Source: an uncultured bacterium (lineage in GTDB: Bacteria > Oederibacteriota > PGYV01 > CAWJRG01). Taken from it: a stretch of DNA of 64,000 bases. Of this stretch, positions 17,853-27,362 are shown piece after piece (the first letter of the stretch is position 1; each line of letters begins with the position of its first letter). The DNA lies in assembly GCA_963845185.1 (NCBI GenBank), contig CAWJRG010000010.1, positions 416,001 through 480,000 of the forward strand, given 5' to 3'. A model generated the notes under the pieces. The model saw only the letters and a program-made list of their open reading frames with translations. It was not told the DNA's origin and made no database searches. The translations under genes and the position numbers were made by a program.

Positions 17853-19154
17853 TCATCCCTCAACCGGAGTTGTGGGGATTTCTTTCCGGATGAATCCGAG
17901 CGCGAGCAGCCCGAAAAAATAAATTGAGTCCTCTATAAAATAAAACTCCTTGCCGAAAAATCCCGACGCCAGCCAGCCTGCCAGCCAGCACAGGCTTGCA
18001 AGCGCAAAGGCGTCTCCTGCTGCCCTGCGCGCCAGGAAAATGACCGAGGAGCCGAAAAAAAACAGCGCTGCCAGGAGGCCTAAAGCCCCGGACGCCAGCG
18101 CTATGCCGAGGTAAAACGAATGCGGGGATTCTATCAGCGCCGCCATTCCCTTGTTGATGCCATCAAAAACATACTGCGGGTCATTGTGGATTTTTATGCC
18201 ATACGTTGCGAAGCCCGTGCCTGTCCACAGGGACTTATTGAGCATGTCCATGGCAGCTGCCTGCAGTTTTGCCCTTTCAGAAAACAAAATATCCTGCTCC
18301 GAGCTCGCCAGCCTCTGGCGCATTGCCGGCACAAAAAGCATAAATGCAATGTAAAGCACGGCAAAAAGAAGCAGCGGCGCCGCTGCCTTTGCCCTTTGCA
18401 TTCCTGCTGCGGGCTTGAATTTAACTGTTGCCATTACTGCCAGGGAAACAAATACCGCGATAATGTTCGAGCGCGAAAAAGTCAGGATAAGCGCGGCCAT
18501 TGCTGCTGCCAGCAGCAGCAGCCAGAAGATGATTTTTGATTTGTCAGCCCTGAAATAAAAATACGCGGTTATGAAGGTTATGAAAAAAAGCATGTAATTG
18601 GAAAAATAATTGGTGTCGCAGAAAATCCCGCCCAGCCTCAGGCTGCCGTTATAATTCCAGTGCACAAGGCTGCCTGCCTTGAAAATGCGGAAAAACCAGT
18701 CCGCGGAATTCCCGGGAAAAAGCTCCAGAAATGCCGCTGCCGTGCTTATTATGCCTGTAACGAGCAGTACTTTTGCCAGGGTTTCCCTTCCTGAGTCATG
18801 CTGAAACGCGCTTAAACACGCGCAAAAAACCAGCATTGCAACTGCCGGGTTAAGCGCGTATTTCAGGTTTTGCAGCCGCGGCTCCCTGAAAAAAGCCAGG
18901 ATCACCCCGTATAAAACGCAGGCGCAGATAAAAAGAAGCTCCCTTGGCAGAGTGTTTTTTTCCCTGCGCAGCAGGCGCAAAAGCCACGCAAGGATGAAAA
19001 TAAAAGCAAGCGCCTTTGTGAGCGTAAAGGTATTCAGGCCCGGCAGTTTGACAGAAAAAGGCAAAAGCAGGTAAAAAGAAAATGACGCGTAAAGCGCCAG
19101 CCCCAGCCAAAAGCAAACCCTGTCTAAAATGTCTTTTTTTGCATCGTTGTCCAT
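17853..19154 (-). CDS. O-antigen ligase / oligosaccharyltransferase (Wzy_C) family protein
   Basis: RLGGIFCDTN, LTFSRS, SER, GTGF, PHSFYL; about 12 TM helices. Confidence 0.85.
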   Translation of the reverse strand: MDNDAKKDILDRVCFWLGLALYASFSFYLLLPFSVKLPGLNTFTLTKALAFIFILAWLLRLLRREKNTLPRELLFICACVLYGVILAFFREPRLQNLKYALNPAVAMLVFCACLSAFQHDSGRETLAKVLLVTGIISTAAAFLELFPGNSADWFFRIFKAGSLVHWNYNGSLRLGGIFCDTNYFSNYMLFFITFITAYFYFRADKSKIIFWLLLLAAAMAALILTFSRSNIIAVFVSLAVMATVKFKPAAGMQRAKAAAPLLLFAVLYIAFMLFVPAMRQRLASSEQDILFSERAKLQAAAMDMLNKSLWTGTGFATYGIKIHNDPQYVFDGINKGMAALIESPHSFYLGIALASGALGLLAALFFFGSSVIFLARRAAGDAFALASLCWLAGWLASGFFGKEFYFIEDSIYFFGLLALGFIRKEIPTTPVEG

Positions 19155-19158
19155 ATTT

Positions 19159-20631
19159 TTACTGCCTTTTTTTCAGCACGTACCTGATGTCCTCAACATA
19201 AGTCCTTGCGTTGAGCGCGAAGCAGACTGCGGCATAAACGGCGATTGCAAGGCACGCGAAAATTATCAGCAGGAAGAGGTTTTTCACCGGGTGCATTCCC
19301 GCAAGCCATTGTATGAGCGGGACAGTCAGGCAAAAAGCAGCCACAGGCGCAAAGAGCGCGCTTATCGGCTTGAACCCGTAGTCCCTTGCCGCGTCAGCCA
19401 TGTACTTGAACGAAGTGAGGTTCATGAGCAGGTTCGCCATGCCAAAGCCCGCTATGCCGAACTTCGGCACGAGAAAGACAGAGAGCAGCCACATCGTACC
19501 GGCCCAGACAAAGGAATACCTGAAATTATAGCCTGCCCTGCCCATGGCGTTAAACGCCGCGACAAGCGGGTATATCGCGGCAAGTATGAAATTTATCGGT
19601 ATAAAGTACTTGAAAAGCACGAGCGCGCTGGCCCATTTATCAGTATAAATTATGTGCGTTATCGGCCCGCTCAGCGACAGTATTACGCATGAAAATCCCG
19701 CTATCAACAGCGCGTTCAGGCGCACGGTGGTGTTCAGCACGCGGCTGAACTTCTCTTTGTCCTGCTGCAGCTTGGAAAAAAGCGGGAAAAGGACCCTGGA
19801 CAATATGGCTGACGCGAGCAGCGGGTAGTTTGCGACCGAAGTCGCCCAGTTGATAAGTCCCACGGAAGCGGTGCCCAGCATCGGCGCGATGACAACCGGT
19901 ATGAAGCTGTCCTTTGCCATGTTTACGAAGTGCACGCCCTGGAAAGAAAGGCCGAAAGGAAGGATGGGCTTGATGAGCCTGAAGTTCCATTTAAACCGCG
20001 GCTTGAACCTGGCGAAAAAGAATACAAATAAAAGCATGCAAATGTTTTTCACAGCGAGCCCGGCGATAAGCGAGAAAACCCCTTTGTGCATGAGCGCCAG
20101 CGTCACCGCGGTTGCCTGGAAAGCCACGACCTCTATGACTTCGAGCGCGGCAATCCTCGCAAAAGAAAGCTTGCGCTCCATCATCATGACCGGTATTATC
20201 CTGAAAGAAACCAGGTAGTAGGATACTATGGAAATGCGTATGAGCCAGATTGTCGACCTGTCGGCGAAAAGCCCGCCAGCAAAAAACGAGGCGATGAGCA
20301 GAAGCACGGCTATGCCTGCCATCACTACCTGTTGGAAGGAAAACACGGCGTCAATGGCACGTTCGGAAACCTTGCCCGGCTTCCTGATGAGCGCGCTTCC
20401 CAGGCCGCCGTCCCCCACGTACGTCAGAAAATTTATGACAAAAAGTATTATGAAATATATCCCGAAGTCCGAGGGCATGAGCACCCTCGCAAGCGCCACC
20501 TGCCCGGCAAAATTCACCAGGTTCATGGCAGCCTGCCTGAATATCATGAAAAACGCCGCTCTTGAAGCTTTATGCCTCAGCTCGGACATTGCCGCCAACT
20601 TTGCGGCCCCCTGCGTTTTTTTCTTTCCCAA
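19159..20631 (-). CDS. Wzx-type oligosaccharide flippase
   Basis: LARVLMPSDFG, GLGSALI, RVLFPLFSKLQ, DKW motifs; about 12 TM helices; start uncertain. Confidence 0.85.
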   Translation of the reverse strand: MGKKKTQGAAKLAAMSELRHKASRAAFFMIFRQAAMNLVNFAGQVALARVLMPSDFGIYFIILFVINFLTYVGDGGLGSALIRKPGKVSERAIDAVFSFQQVVMAGIAVLLLIASFFAGGLFADRSTIWLIRISIVSYYLVSFRIIPVMMMERKLSFARIAALEVIEVVAFQATAVTLALMHKGVFSLIAGLAVKNICMLLFVFFFARFKPRFKWNFRLIKPILPFGLSFQGVHFVNMAKDSFIPVVIAPMLGTASVGLINWATSVANYPLLASAILSRVLFPLFSKLQQDKEKFSRVLNTTVRLNALLIAGFSCVILSLSGPITHIIYTDKWASALVLFKYFIPINFILAAIYPLVAAFNAMGRAGYNFRYSFVWAGTMWLLSVFLVPKFGIAGFGMANLLMNLTSFKYMADAARDYGFKPISALFAPVAAFCLTVPLIQWLAGMHPVKNLFLLIIFACLAIAVYAAVCFALNARTYVEDIRYVLKKRQ

Positions 20632-20658
20632 AAGCGGCTGCCTGATATTGCCACGGTT

Positions 20659-21006
20659 TTAGTCCCCTATCATTTTTCTTATTATGTTTATATGGTCTTC
20701 CTTTATCACCAGGAATTCCATGCCAGACCTGTATTTTTTTATGCTGTCGTCGAATTTCGACCACTTGACTTCGGCAAAGGTGGCTATCGGCTCATGCTCG
20801 TCCTCGAGCATTATGTCCAGCCTCAGCATCTGGTCGGGGTTGAGGGTTTCGTCGCACAAAAGCTGTATGCCCATTATGCTAATGTCCGCGCTGTCAACCG
20901 TCTTTTTCGGCGGCTCCCAGCCCGGCTTGTCAATGTCGGAATTGGAAATTATTTTATACACCACTTTCAATTTTTTATTTGCCCTCTTATGCCTTCTTCT
21001 TTCCAT
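20659..21006 (-). CDS. PilZ domain protein (c-di-GMP receptor)
   Basis: ERRRHKR (RxxxR) and DISIMG (DxSxxG) motifs. Confidence 0.85.
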   Translation of the reverse strand: MERRRHKRANKKLKVVYKIISNSDIDKPGWEPPKKTVDSADISIMGIQLLCDETLNPDQMLRLDIMLEDEHEPIATFAEVKWSKFDDSIKKYRSGMEFLVIKEDHINIIRKMIGD

Positions 21007-21176
21007 GAATAATTCTCCCTGGGCATTGCACTGCTCCTGTTTCGGCGCTTCATTTGAACTGCGCCTTTTAATTTGCTTTATAACTAATTATATACTTTTA
21101 TCATTAAAATATCAAGGATATGTGTGGTGAAAAATGACGGCAAAGAATTTTGATATCGCCTACCGACTTTTTAAAC

Positions 21177-22115
21177 TTACAATTTTTCATATGATTCTGT
21201 TCTATTGTGCCGCCTCGCAAGTTCGCTCGCATATTTGAAACCTAAACTATTCTTGTTTGCTTCTGCCCAATCAGTCAGTTTGGTTTCTCCTGTTGGATGC
21301 GAATTGACACATAAAAGTCCGTCCATTAACCCCTTTATTTCTTCTTTTGTAATTACCACATCCCTAACAATCTTGCCCAAAATCCATCCCGCTATATATC
21401 CCCAAAAAGGTGGAATTGAAACAAGCAGCCGTTTCTTACCGATTATCCTGCCAATAATTTCAACAAGTTCTCTGTAAGAAAATGTTTCAGGACCAATAGC
21501 ATCTATAATTGCATTCTCTGATTTCTCACCTTTTTCAACTGCTAATTTTGCTAAATCATCAACATAAATTGGCTGTAATCGATATTTCCCATCCCCAAAT
21601 ATACCCATAACGGGCAGGTATCGCAGCATCCAAGCAATATTATTAATCAATATGTCTTCCTTTCCAAAAAGGACAGCAGGACGCAAAATAGCATACGAAA
21701 TTCCTAACTCTATTAATGCTTTTTCCAATTTTGCCTTGCCATTAAAATACGGCAATTTCGAATTTTCTGAAGGGTTCGTAATACTTATATGGACTATTTT
21801 CTGAACTCCTGCTTCTTCTGCCGCTTGAAACATCTTTAAAGTATTTTCAACCGCTGTTGTGTGGTTAAAATCTCTGTAATCAAACCTCACCCAATAAGTA
21901 TTGTACAGAACCTTTGTCCCTTTTAATGATTCAACAATTTTATTTTTGTCATTAAAATTAAAGGGATAGGATTTAATTTTCCCTTCAAATTGATTTGTCC
22001 TATCAGGTGAATTGGTAAGCGTATAGACATCATAACCCTTATTTAATAATCGTCTTGCTATGTATTTCCCCGAATATCCAAATGCTCCTGTTACAACATG
22101 TTTTACTACGGTCAT
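21177..22115 (-). CDS. NAD(P)-binding epimerase/dehydratase-like (atypical SDR)
   Basis: VTGAFGYSG Rossmann motif, YFNGK, ILRPAVLFG, QPIYVDD. Confidence 0.85.
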   Translation of the reverse strand: MTVVKHVVTGAFGYSGKYIARRLLNKGYDVYTLTNSPDRTNQFEGKIKSYPFNFNDKNKIVESLKGTKVLYNTYWVRFDYRDFNHTTAVENTLKMFQAAEEAGVQKIVHISITNPSENSKLPYFNGKAKLEKALIELGISYAILRPAVLFGKEDILINNIAWMLRYLPVMGIFGDGKYRLQPIYVDDLAKLAVEKGEKSENAIIDAIGPETFSYRELVEIIGRIIGKKRLLVSIPPFWGYIAGWILGKIVRDVVITKEEIKGLMDGLLCVNSHPTGETKLTDWAEANKNSLGFKYASELARRHNRTESYEKL

Positions 22116-22215
22116 TCTTTCCCCTTTCTTTTATCTAACCTGCCCCTATTTTATCACCTTAAATTTTAATGGCAAACCAAATAATTGATATATATCTTTG
22201 CTTTATCAGTTTATG

Positions 22216-23037
22216 TTATCTTGGTTCTGATATTTTTTTTGATAAACCATATACATCTCCATTATAAGTCCATTCCTGAATAGTTTTGTAGACATTACCT
22301 TTTTCAAAAATTTGTTCAATATAAACCTTCGGATAAACACTTGCAGTATCCGGAATAATACTTAAATATCCGTCTGTTTTAGTCAGGTTTTTATAATTAT
22401 CCTGAAACCAAAGGCCGTAGGACAAATCAAATATTTTGTAAAAATCCATATCCTTTAATTTATATATCTGGTAACTCTGGTCACTAATTCCACCATTCCC
22501 ATAATGTGTATCTAAGACACCAATAAAAATAGTTTTTGAATCAGAATATATTGTTTGCGAATCAAATCCGCTTTCAAAATGTTCGTTTAGTTCAATTTCA
22601 GCAACTGTATTCAGTTTTGAATCGCAAAGAATATAGCCATCAAATACACAATTACCGCAATCTCCATTTTCCGAGTAATGAAAAACATACGGAGCATTCT
22701 TAATTTGAGTCTTATATCCTGCCTTAATTTCTGTATTTAACATTTCATCTTTAGTTTGCTTGAAAGTCCTATTCCATTCTTCATTGTAATGGCTTTCTAT
22801 AGGGTGCATTTCAGTATATAGGTTAACGATGTTTTCTTTCGAAGGCGAATTTAAATCGCTTGCTGTTATCGTAGGCAAATTAACAATTATACTTGTCGGA
22901 GTTCCCGTAAATGTTGCAGTCGTTTTAGCTGATATTTTAGATATTCCTGAAGTTGTAGCATTAGAGTTCCCAGATGCAGATATCGTAAATTTAAACAGTA
23001 TCATAATTAACGTTGCTAAAATTAATACTTTTTTCAT
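22216..23037 (-). CDS. Hypothetical exported protein
   Basis: Signal-peptide-like N-terminus, Thr-rich linker, AT-rich ORF. Confidence 0.65.
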   Translation of the reverse strand: MKKVLILATLIMILFKFTISASGNSNATTSGISKISAKTTATFTGTPTSIIVNLPTITASDLNSPSKENIVNLYTEMHPIESHYNEEWNRTFKQTKDEMLNTEIKAGYKTQIKNAPYVFHYSENGDCGNCVFDGYILCDSKLNTVAEIELNEHFESGFDSQTIYSDSKTIFIGVLDTHYGNGGISDQSYQIYKLKDMDFYKIFDLSYGLWFQDNYKNLTKTDGYLSIIPDTASVYPKVYIEQIFEKGNVYKTIQEWTYNGDVYGLSKKISEPR

Positions 23038-23086
23038 TCTTTCCCCTTTCTTTTTTAACCTACCCCTATTCTGCCAGCTCTGTTTT

Positions 23087-23728
23087 TTACATTATCCCCT
23101 CTACTTCTTTATTCATCCTTTCAAAAAAATCCTTCATATACTCATGCCTTTTCTGCGCCATGCGCCTGCCGGCGCTGGTAAGCATGCGGCTTTTAACCTT
23201 GCGCAGCTTTACCATATACTCCCTGTATGCCGTGTCTTCTGCCGTATATGGTTTTGTCATGCTTATGTCAGTGCCTTTGCTGTTATGGAGTTTGGCGCCT
23301 ATTTCGCCCGCGAATAAAAAAGCCCTTCCTATGCCGACCGCGCCGATAGAATCCAGCTTGTCCGCGTCAAAAAGCACTTTTGCCTCAAGCGTGTCAGGCC
23401 TGTTTTTGCCCCTGAACCTGTGGCTCGCTATGCATTGGGTAATTTGTTTTATTTTTTCCGCTCCGAATTTGTGCCTTTTCAGCATATGCCCCACTATTGC
23501 GGCGCCGCGCTCCGCGTGGTCTATCCTGCCGCTTGACTTGTCCTCGCAGCTGCGCGCTATGTCGTGTAGGATTGCCGCGTATTTTATTGTTTCAATATCA
23601 GCTTTTTCTTTTTTGCCTATGCGCAGCGCCAGCTTAAACACCCTTTCAGTGTGCTCCCAGTCGTGGCTGCCCTTGGACCAGGAAAACATTTTCTTTGCTT
23701 CTGTTTTGATTTTATTGAAGGTGTCCAT
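23087..23728 (-). CDS. HD domain phosphohydrolase
   Basis: SHDWEH, LHDI, HAERGA, SHRF, DADKLD. Confidence 0.9.
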   Translation of the reverse strand: MDTFNKIKTEAKKMFSWSKGSHDWEHTERVFKLALRIGKKEKADIETIKYAAILHDIARSCEDKSSGRIDHAERGAAIVGHMLKRHKFGAEKIKQITQCIASHRFRGKNRPDTLEAKVLFDADKLDSIGAVGIGRAFLFAGEIGAKLHNSKGTDISMTKPYTAEDTAYREYMVKLRKVKSRMLTSAGRRMAQKRHEYMKDFFERMNKEVEGIM

Positions 23729-23742
23729 AAGATATGCCTGCT

Positions 23743-24546
23743 TTATTCCAGGCTTTTTTTGCTGCGGGTTTTCTGTAGCTCTATATCCGCTTTCCTGTTT
23801 TCCAGCATGGAAAGCGACAGCTCTATGTTTTCCTCAACCTCATATGTGCTCATGGTGCCTATTGCCACCATGTCTATTTCCCTTATGCTCGACCACACAA
23901 AATGAAGCCCGGTCGGCGGCATTATCCTTCCGGCAGCGAGCGGTTTTATAATCATAACCGGCTTTTTCGCTTCGCTGATTGTTTTTGCTATCCAGTCTGT
24001 TTCCACCTGGCACAAGAACCCTTCCGCGTTGTAAGGCTGCAAATAGGTTTCCACGTCAAGGCCGTTCTTGTCAGCGTAAACTATTGCCTCGGGCATGTGC
24101 GTGGAAAGCCCGGGTATCATGCCGCGCTCGCGCACAGCCTTAAGCCACGGCTCAATGCCTTTTATGTCCTGCTTGGCGCGGCTGATAAAAATATCGGTTA
24201 TTGACTGGTGGGGAAAGCAGAATACCGCCCCGTTTTCCTTGGCCCAGTCAATGCTTTTCATCTCGCTCACTGTGCAGATAAAATTGATTTTTTTGCCGGA
24301 TTTGTCCTGCGCGTCCCTGATTGCGCCGGCCAGCATGTCATTCGCCGGCCCCATTACCGCGTCAATGCCGTATTTTAAATAGGTTAAAAGTATTCCGGTT
24401 ATTTTTTCGCGGGTAAAAAAATCCTTTATGAACTTGTCTTTGGCGGCTGATATGTGCGAGTATCCCAAAAACCAGTTTGTGCCGCAGATCATGCGCGGCA
24501 TTGAAATCCCCCCAACAATTGTCCTTGGAAAAAACTTATCCGCCAT
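23743..24546 (-). CDS. Hypothetical protein, aldo/keto reductase-like TIM barrel
   Basis: PRMICGTN.F.GYSH, PGLSTH, IKPLAAGR; start MADKFF. Confidence 0.65.
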   Translation of the reverse strand: MADKFFPRTIVGGISMPRMICGTNWFLGYSHISAAKDKFIKDFFTREKITGILLTYLKYGIDAVMGPANDMLAGAIRDAQDKSGKKINFICTVSEMKSIDWAKENGAVFCFPHQSITDIFISRAKQDIKGIEPWLKAVRERGMIPGLSTHMPEAIVYADKNGLDVETYLQPYNAEGFLCQVETDWIAKTISEAKKPVMIIKPLAAGRIMPPTGLHFVWSSIREIDMVAIGTMSTYEVEENIELSLSMLENRKADIELQKTRSKKSLE

Positions 24547-24547
24547 A

Positions 24548-24928
24548 TTATATCTCGGCAAGCCAGTCTTTGGCTTTTTCAATGTCGTCAAAAAGCACCA
24601 GGTTTTTCCTGCCTGTAAACTCCGCTACAACGGAGTAAATCGCGGTTTTCAGGCCCTCAACGCCTATTATCGCGGTCATCCTCATATAAGGCTTGTTGTG
24701 GGCCGCGAAGTCTTTAAGCGCCTTGACAATATCAGGGTCAAAATCGCTGTCAGTCACGTCCATGAGCCCGAGCCCTGTCCCCGGCTTTATTTGTTTTTCA
24801 ATCATGCCCTTTGTCTGCTCCAAGGCTTTTAATATGTCCTTTTTCTGGGAATTTGAAAAATCCATGAAAAGTATTTTTTTCCCCTTGTGCTCGATAAATT
24901 CAGTTTTTGGCATTTCCTTCACCTTCAA
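24548..24928 (-). CDS. STAS/SEC14-like small protein
   Basis: FIEHKGKKILFMDFS...FDDIEKAKDWL pattern; start may be 24913. Confidence 0.6.
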   Translation of the reverse strand: MKVKEMPKTEFIEHKGKKILFMDFSNSQKKDILKALEQTKGMIEKQIKPGTGLGLMDVTDSDFDPDIVKALKDFAAHNKPYMRMTAIIGVEGLKTAIYSVVAEFTGRKNLVLFDDIEKAKDWLAEI

Positions 24929-24947
24929 TATTTTAAATCTCTCGAAG

Positions 24948-25099
24948 TGTCATTGCAAGAGTTAAAAAGTCCAGTGGACTTATTAACGGGTAGTTACATT
25001 ATATTATCATGATAAAGACTGCCCCGAAGCGACGAAGCAATCCCGCATTTAAAAGAAAAACCGAGATTGCCACGCTCCCTTTGGTCGCTAGCAATGACA
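24948..25099. repeat. GTCATTGC...GCAATGAC palindromic element with a nested insert
   Basis: Terminal tgtcattgc / gcaatgaca, inner gcaatc / gattgc; insert at 24959-25024. Confidence 0.7.
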
Positions 25100-25136
25100 A
25101 ATTATCGAATTTTTCAGCAACCTGCTAAAATACCTT

Positions 25137-25898
25137 TTAAAGCTTCATTATATTGAAAGCCCACGTTCCTATGGCTATCAGCGCAACGTCAAACCCGAGG
25201 ATAATAATTAAATTCTGCATGTACGGCATCGCCGCAAAGCTCGCGCCAAGTATCGCGCTCCGCAGCCCGTCCACAGCGTATGACGCGGGGTCAATGCGCG
25301 TCAGTATCCTGAGCCACACAGGCAGCTTGTCCAGCGGGAAAAGCGCGCCGGACAAAAGGAACAGCGGGTAAACAATAAAGCCTGAAAGTATCGCGTAACC
25401 CTCCGGGCTTTCCATGAAAGAGCCTATGATGAGCCCGAAGCTCACAAGCCCCATTGCAAGCAGGACAAGCATTATGATTGAGAGCAAAATGCCCACGGCC
25501 GTGTACGGTATGCCGAGGAAAAAACCTATGATAAGAAGTATGAAAGCCTGTAGCAGGGCGTCTGTCATGCATCCCACGACCTTGCCCATGAAAATGGTTG
25601 TCCTTGAAAGCGGCGCTATGAGCACCTCCTTTAAAAAATCTATTTTCCTGTCCCACACTATATACGCGCCGTTGAATATCCCGCTGAATATCACGAGCAT
25701 GGCGAGGAACCCCGGGAAAATAAAGTGCTGGTAATTTACGTCTGGCTTCGTGATAGAGCCCATGCCCCCGCCGAAAACAAGGTACCAGAAGAGCGGCATG
25801 AATACCGAGGAAATGACCCTTATTTTTTCCTTGGTAAAAACCTTGAATTCCCTGTACCAGATGGCGTATATGCCTTTTAATGTCTTTTTCATGTTCAT
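25137..25898 (-). CDS. ABC-2 type exporter permease
   Basis: About 6 TM helices; DRKIDFLKEVLIAP, LSGALFP, DPASYAVDGLR. Confidence 0.9.
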   Translation of the reverse strand: MNMKKTLKGIYAIWYREFKVFTKEKIRVISSVFMPLFWYLVFGGGMGSITKPDVNYQHFIFPGFLAMLVIFSGIFNGAYIVWDRKIDFLKEVLIAPLSRTTIFMGKVVGCMTDALLQAFILLIIGFFLGIPYTAVGILLSIIMLVLLAMGLVSFGLIIGSFMESPEGYAILSGFIVYPLFLLSGALFPLDKLPVWLRILTRIDPASYAVDGLRSAILGASFAAMPYMQNLIIILGFDVALIAIGTWAFNIMKL

Positions 25899-26866
25899 TT
25901 GTTCTGTCTCGCCTTTGTCATGGCGCGCAAATGCTCCATGCCGGTCCCTTCCTCTTCCCTGATTTCCTTGCCTGTATAATACAGGAAGACGTCGTTTAAA
26001 TCCGGTGAGTGCGCCTGCACATACGCCACTTCGCCCGCGGCGCGCAGCAGCTCAGGAAGGTTCTTGGCAGACTCCTCCACCGATATCTGCGTGAACGCGC
26101 CCTGCTTTTCCACGCTTTTCACAAAAGCAAGCTTTTTAATCGCGATAATATTCAGCGCGTCGCCTTTTAAGAGAACAATATCCCCGCCCAAAGCGTGCTT
26201 TAAGTTATCCGGCGTGTCAAGCGCCACTATCATGCCGTGGTCTATTATGGCTACCCTGTTGCACAGGTGGTCAGCCTCTTCCATATAATGAGTGGTAACA
26301 ACTATGGTCATGCCCGTGTTTTTGGCAAGCGACATTATGTATTCCCATATATGCTCCCTTGTCTGAGGGTCGAGCCCGAGCGTGGGCTCGTCAAGGAACA
26401 GTATTTTCGGCTCGTGCAGCAGCCCGCGCGCTATTTCCATCCTCCTGCGCATGCCGCCCGAGTATGTCCTGACCATGTCGTTTTTCCTTTTCTGCAAATC
26501 GACAAGGGACAGGACATCGTCTATTTTTTTGTTTATTATGCCCATGGGCAGGTTGTAAAGCAGGGCGTGCAGCTTTAAATTCTCGTATGCGGATAAAAGC
26601 TCGTCCGAGCTCGGGTCCTGGAACACCATGCCTATTGACGATCTCACCTCGCTAGGCTTTGCGACAACGTCAAAGCCGTTCACCGTCGCGCTGCCGGAGG
26701 TCGGCTTCAGCAAAGTGGAAAGCATCATCAGGGTCGTGGTCTTGCCCGCGCCGTTTGGGCCCAGGAGGCCGAAAATCTCGCCCTGCCTGACGCTGAAGCT
26801 TATGCTGTTGACCGCGGCCAGCTCTCCGTAATTCTTTGTAAGGTTTGTTATTGTTATGGCATCCAT
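25895..26866 (-). CDS. ABC exporter ATP-binding protein (DrrA-like)
   Basis: Walker A GPNGAGKTT, YSGGM, LFLDEPT, TTHYM. Confidence 0.95.
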   Translation of the reverse strand: MDAITITNLTKNYGELAAVNSISFSVRQGEIFGLLGPNGAGKTTTLMMLSTLLKPTSGSATVNGFDVVAKPSEVRSSIGMVFQDPSSDELLSAYENLKLHALLYNLPMGIINKKIDDVLSLVDLQKRKNDMVRTYSGGMRRRMEIARGLLHEPKILFLDEPTLGLDPQTREHIWEYIMSLAKNTGMTIVVTTHYMEEADHLCNRVAIIDHGMIVALDTPDNLKHALGGDIVLLKGDALNIIAIKKLAFVKSVEKQGAFTQISVEESAKNLPELLRAAGEVAYVQAHSPDLNDVFLYYTGKEIREEEGTGMEHLRAMTKARQNK

Positions 26867-26875
26867 AGTGGAAAG

Positions 26876-26903
26876 ATTATATTATAAAAAAAAGATTTGT
26901 CAA
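26876..26903 (-). promoter_or_regulatory. Sigma70 promoter of the ABC operon (near-leaderless)
   Basis: TTGACA-16-TATAAT, 9 nt before the ATG, no Shine-Dalgarno. Confidence 0.6.
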
Positions 26904-26938
26904 TGACTGCGTACCTGCTATGCTTGATAAATAAAAAA

Positions 26939-27169
26939 GTGTGTAATTTCAATTCTTATTATTGTCTAAAAAAAATTTCCCCTCTCCCTCGACTGAGTTA
27001 AATATCCCTGTGGGATATTTAACGGGTAGAAGTCATCTTTGTAATGCAAAATATGCTTTTTCTACCCACGGGCAGGGTGAGGGTGAGGATTTTGATGGTT
27101 TCTCCGCACCCCTCACTCTGACTCTCTCCCGCAGGGGGGAGAGAGGTTATTTGTTTTTGAAATTACACA
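26939..27169. mobile_element. MITE-like element copy 1 carrying paired CCCTCTCCC/GGGAGAGGG-type hairpins
   Basis: TIRs gtgtgtaatttcaa / ttgaaattacaca; same layout as 29066-30503. Confidence 0.7.
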
Positions 27170-27208
27170 AAAATTAAGTCAGCATCGTACCTGCTATGTT
27201 TGATAAAC

Positions 27209-27243
27209 AAAAAAGCCCGGAGAAAAATCCTCCGGGCTTTTTG
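27209..27243. terminator. Intrinsic terminator
   Basis: aaaaaagcccggag-loop-ctccgggcttttt. Confidence 0.8.
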
Positions 27244-27362
27244 TAGCTTATTATTTCTAGTTTCTTGTTTCCTGTTAACTCACCTATCACCTTTCGCCTA
27301 TCTCTTGCTTTTTATCACTTACCCCTTACCCCATCCCACTTGGCACTTTTATCTTCCGGCAC

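Noticed and set aside
17674..17856. 60-aa ORF and N-terminal extension of GT2
   Set aside because: The region is made of palindromic repeat fragments; GT2 homology starts at MAKVF (17671).
21010..21070. Hairpin plus GCGCCGAA upstream of the PilZ gene as a riboswitch
   Set aside because: Lacks the remaining conserved elements of glycine or c-di-GMP aptamers.
23013..23951. 312-aa plus-strand ORF
   Set aside because: Antisense to the well-supported HD-domain gene and its neighbours.
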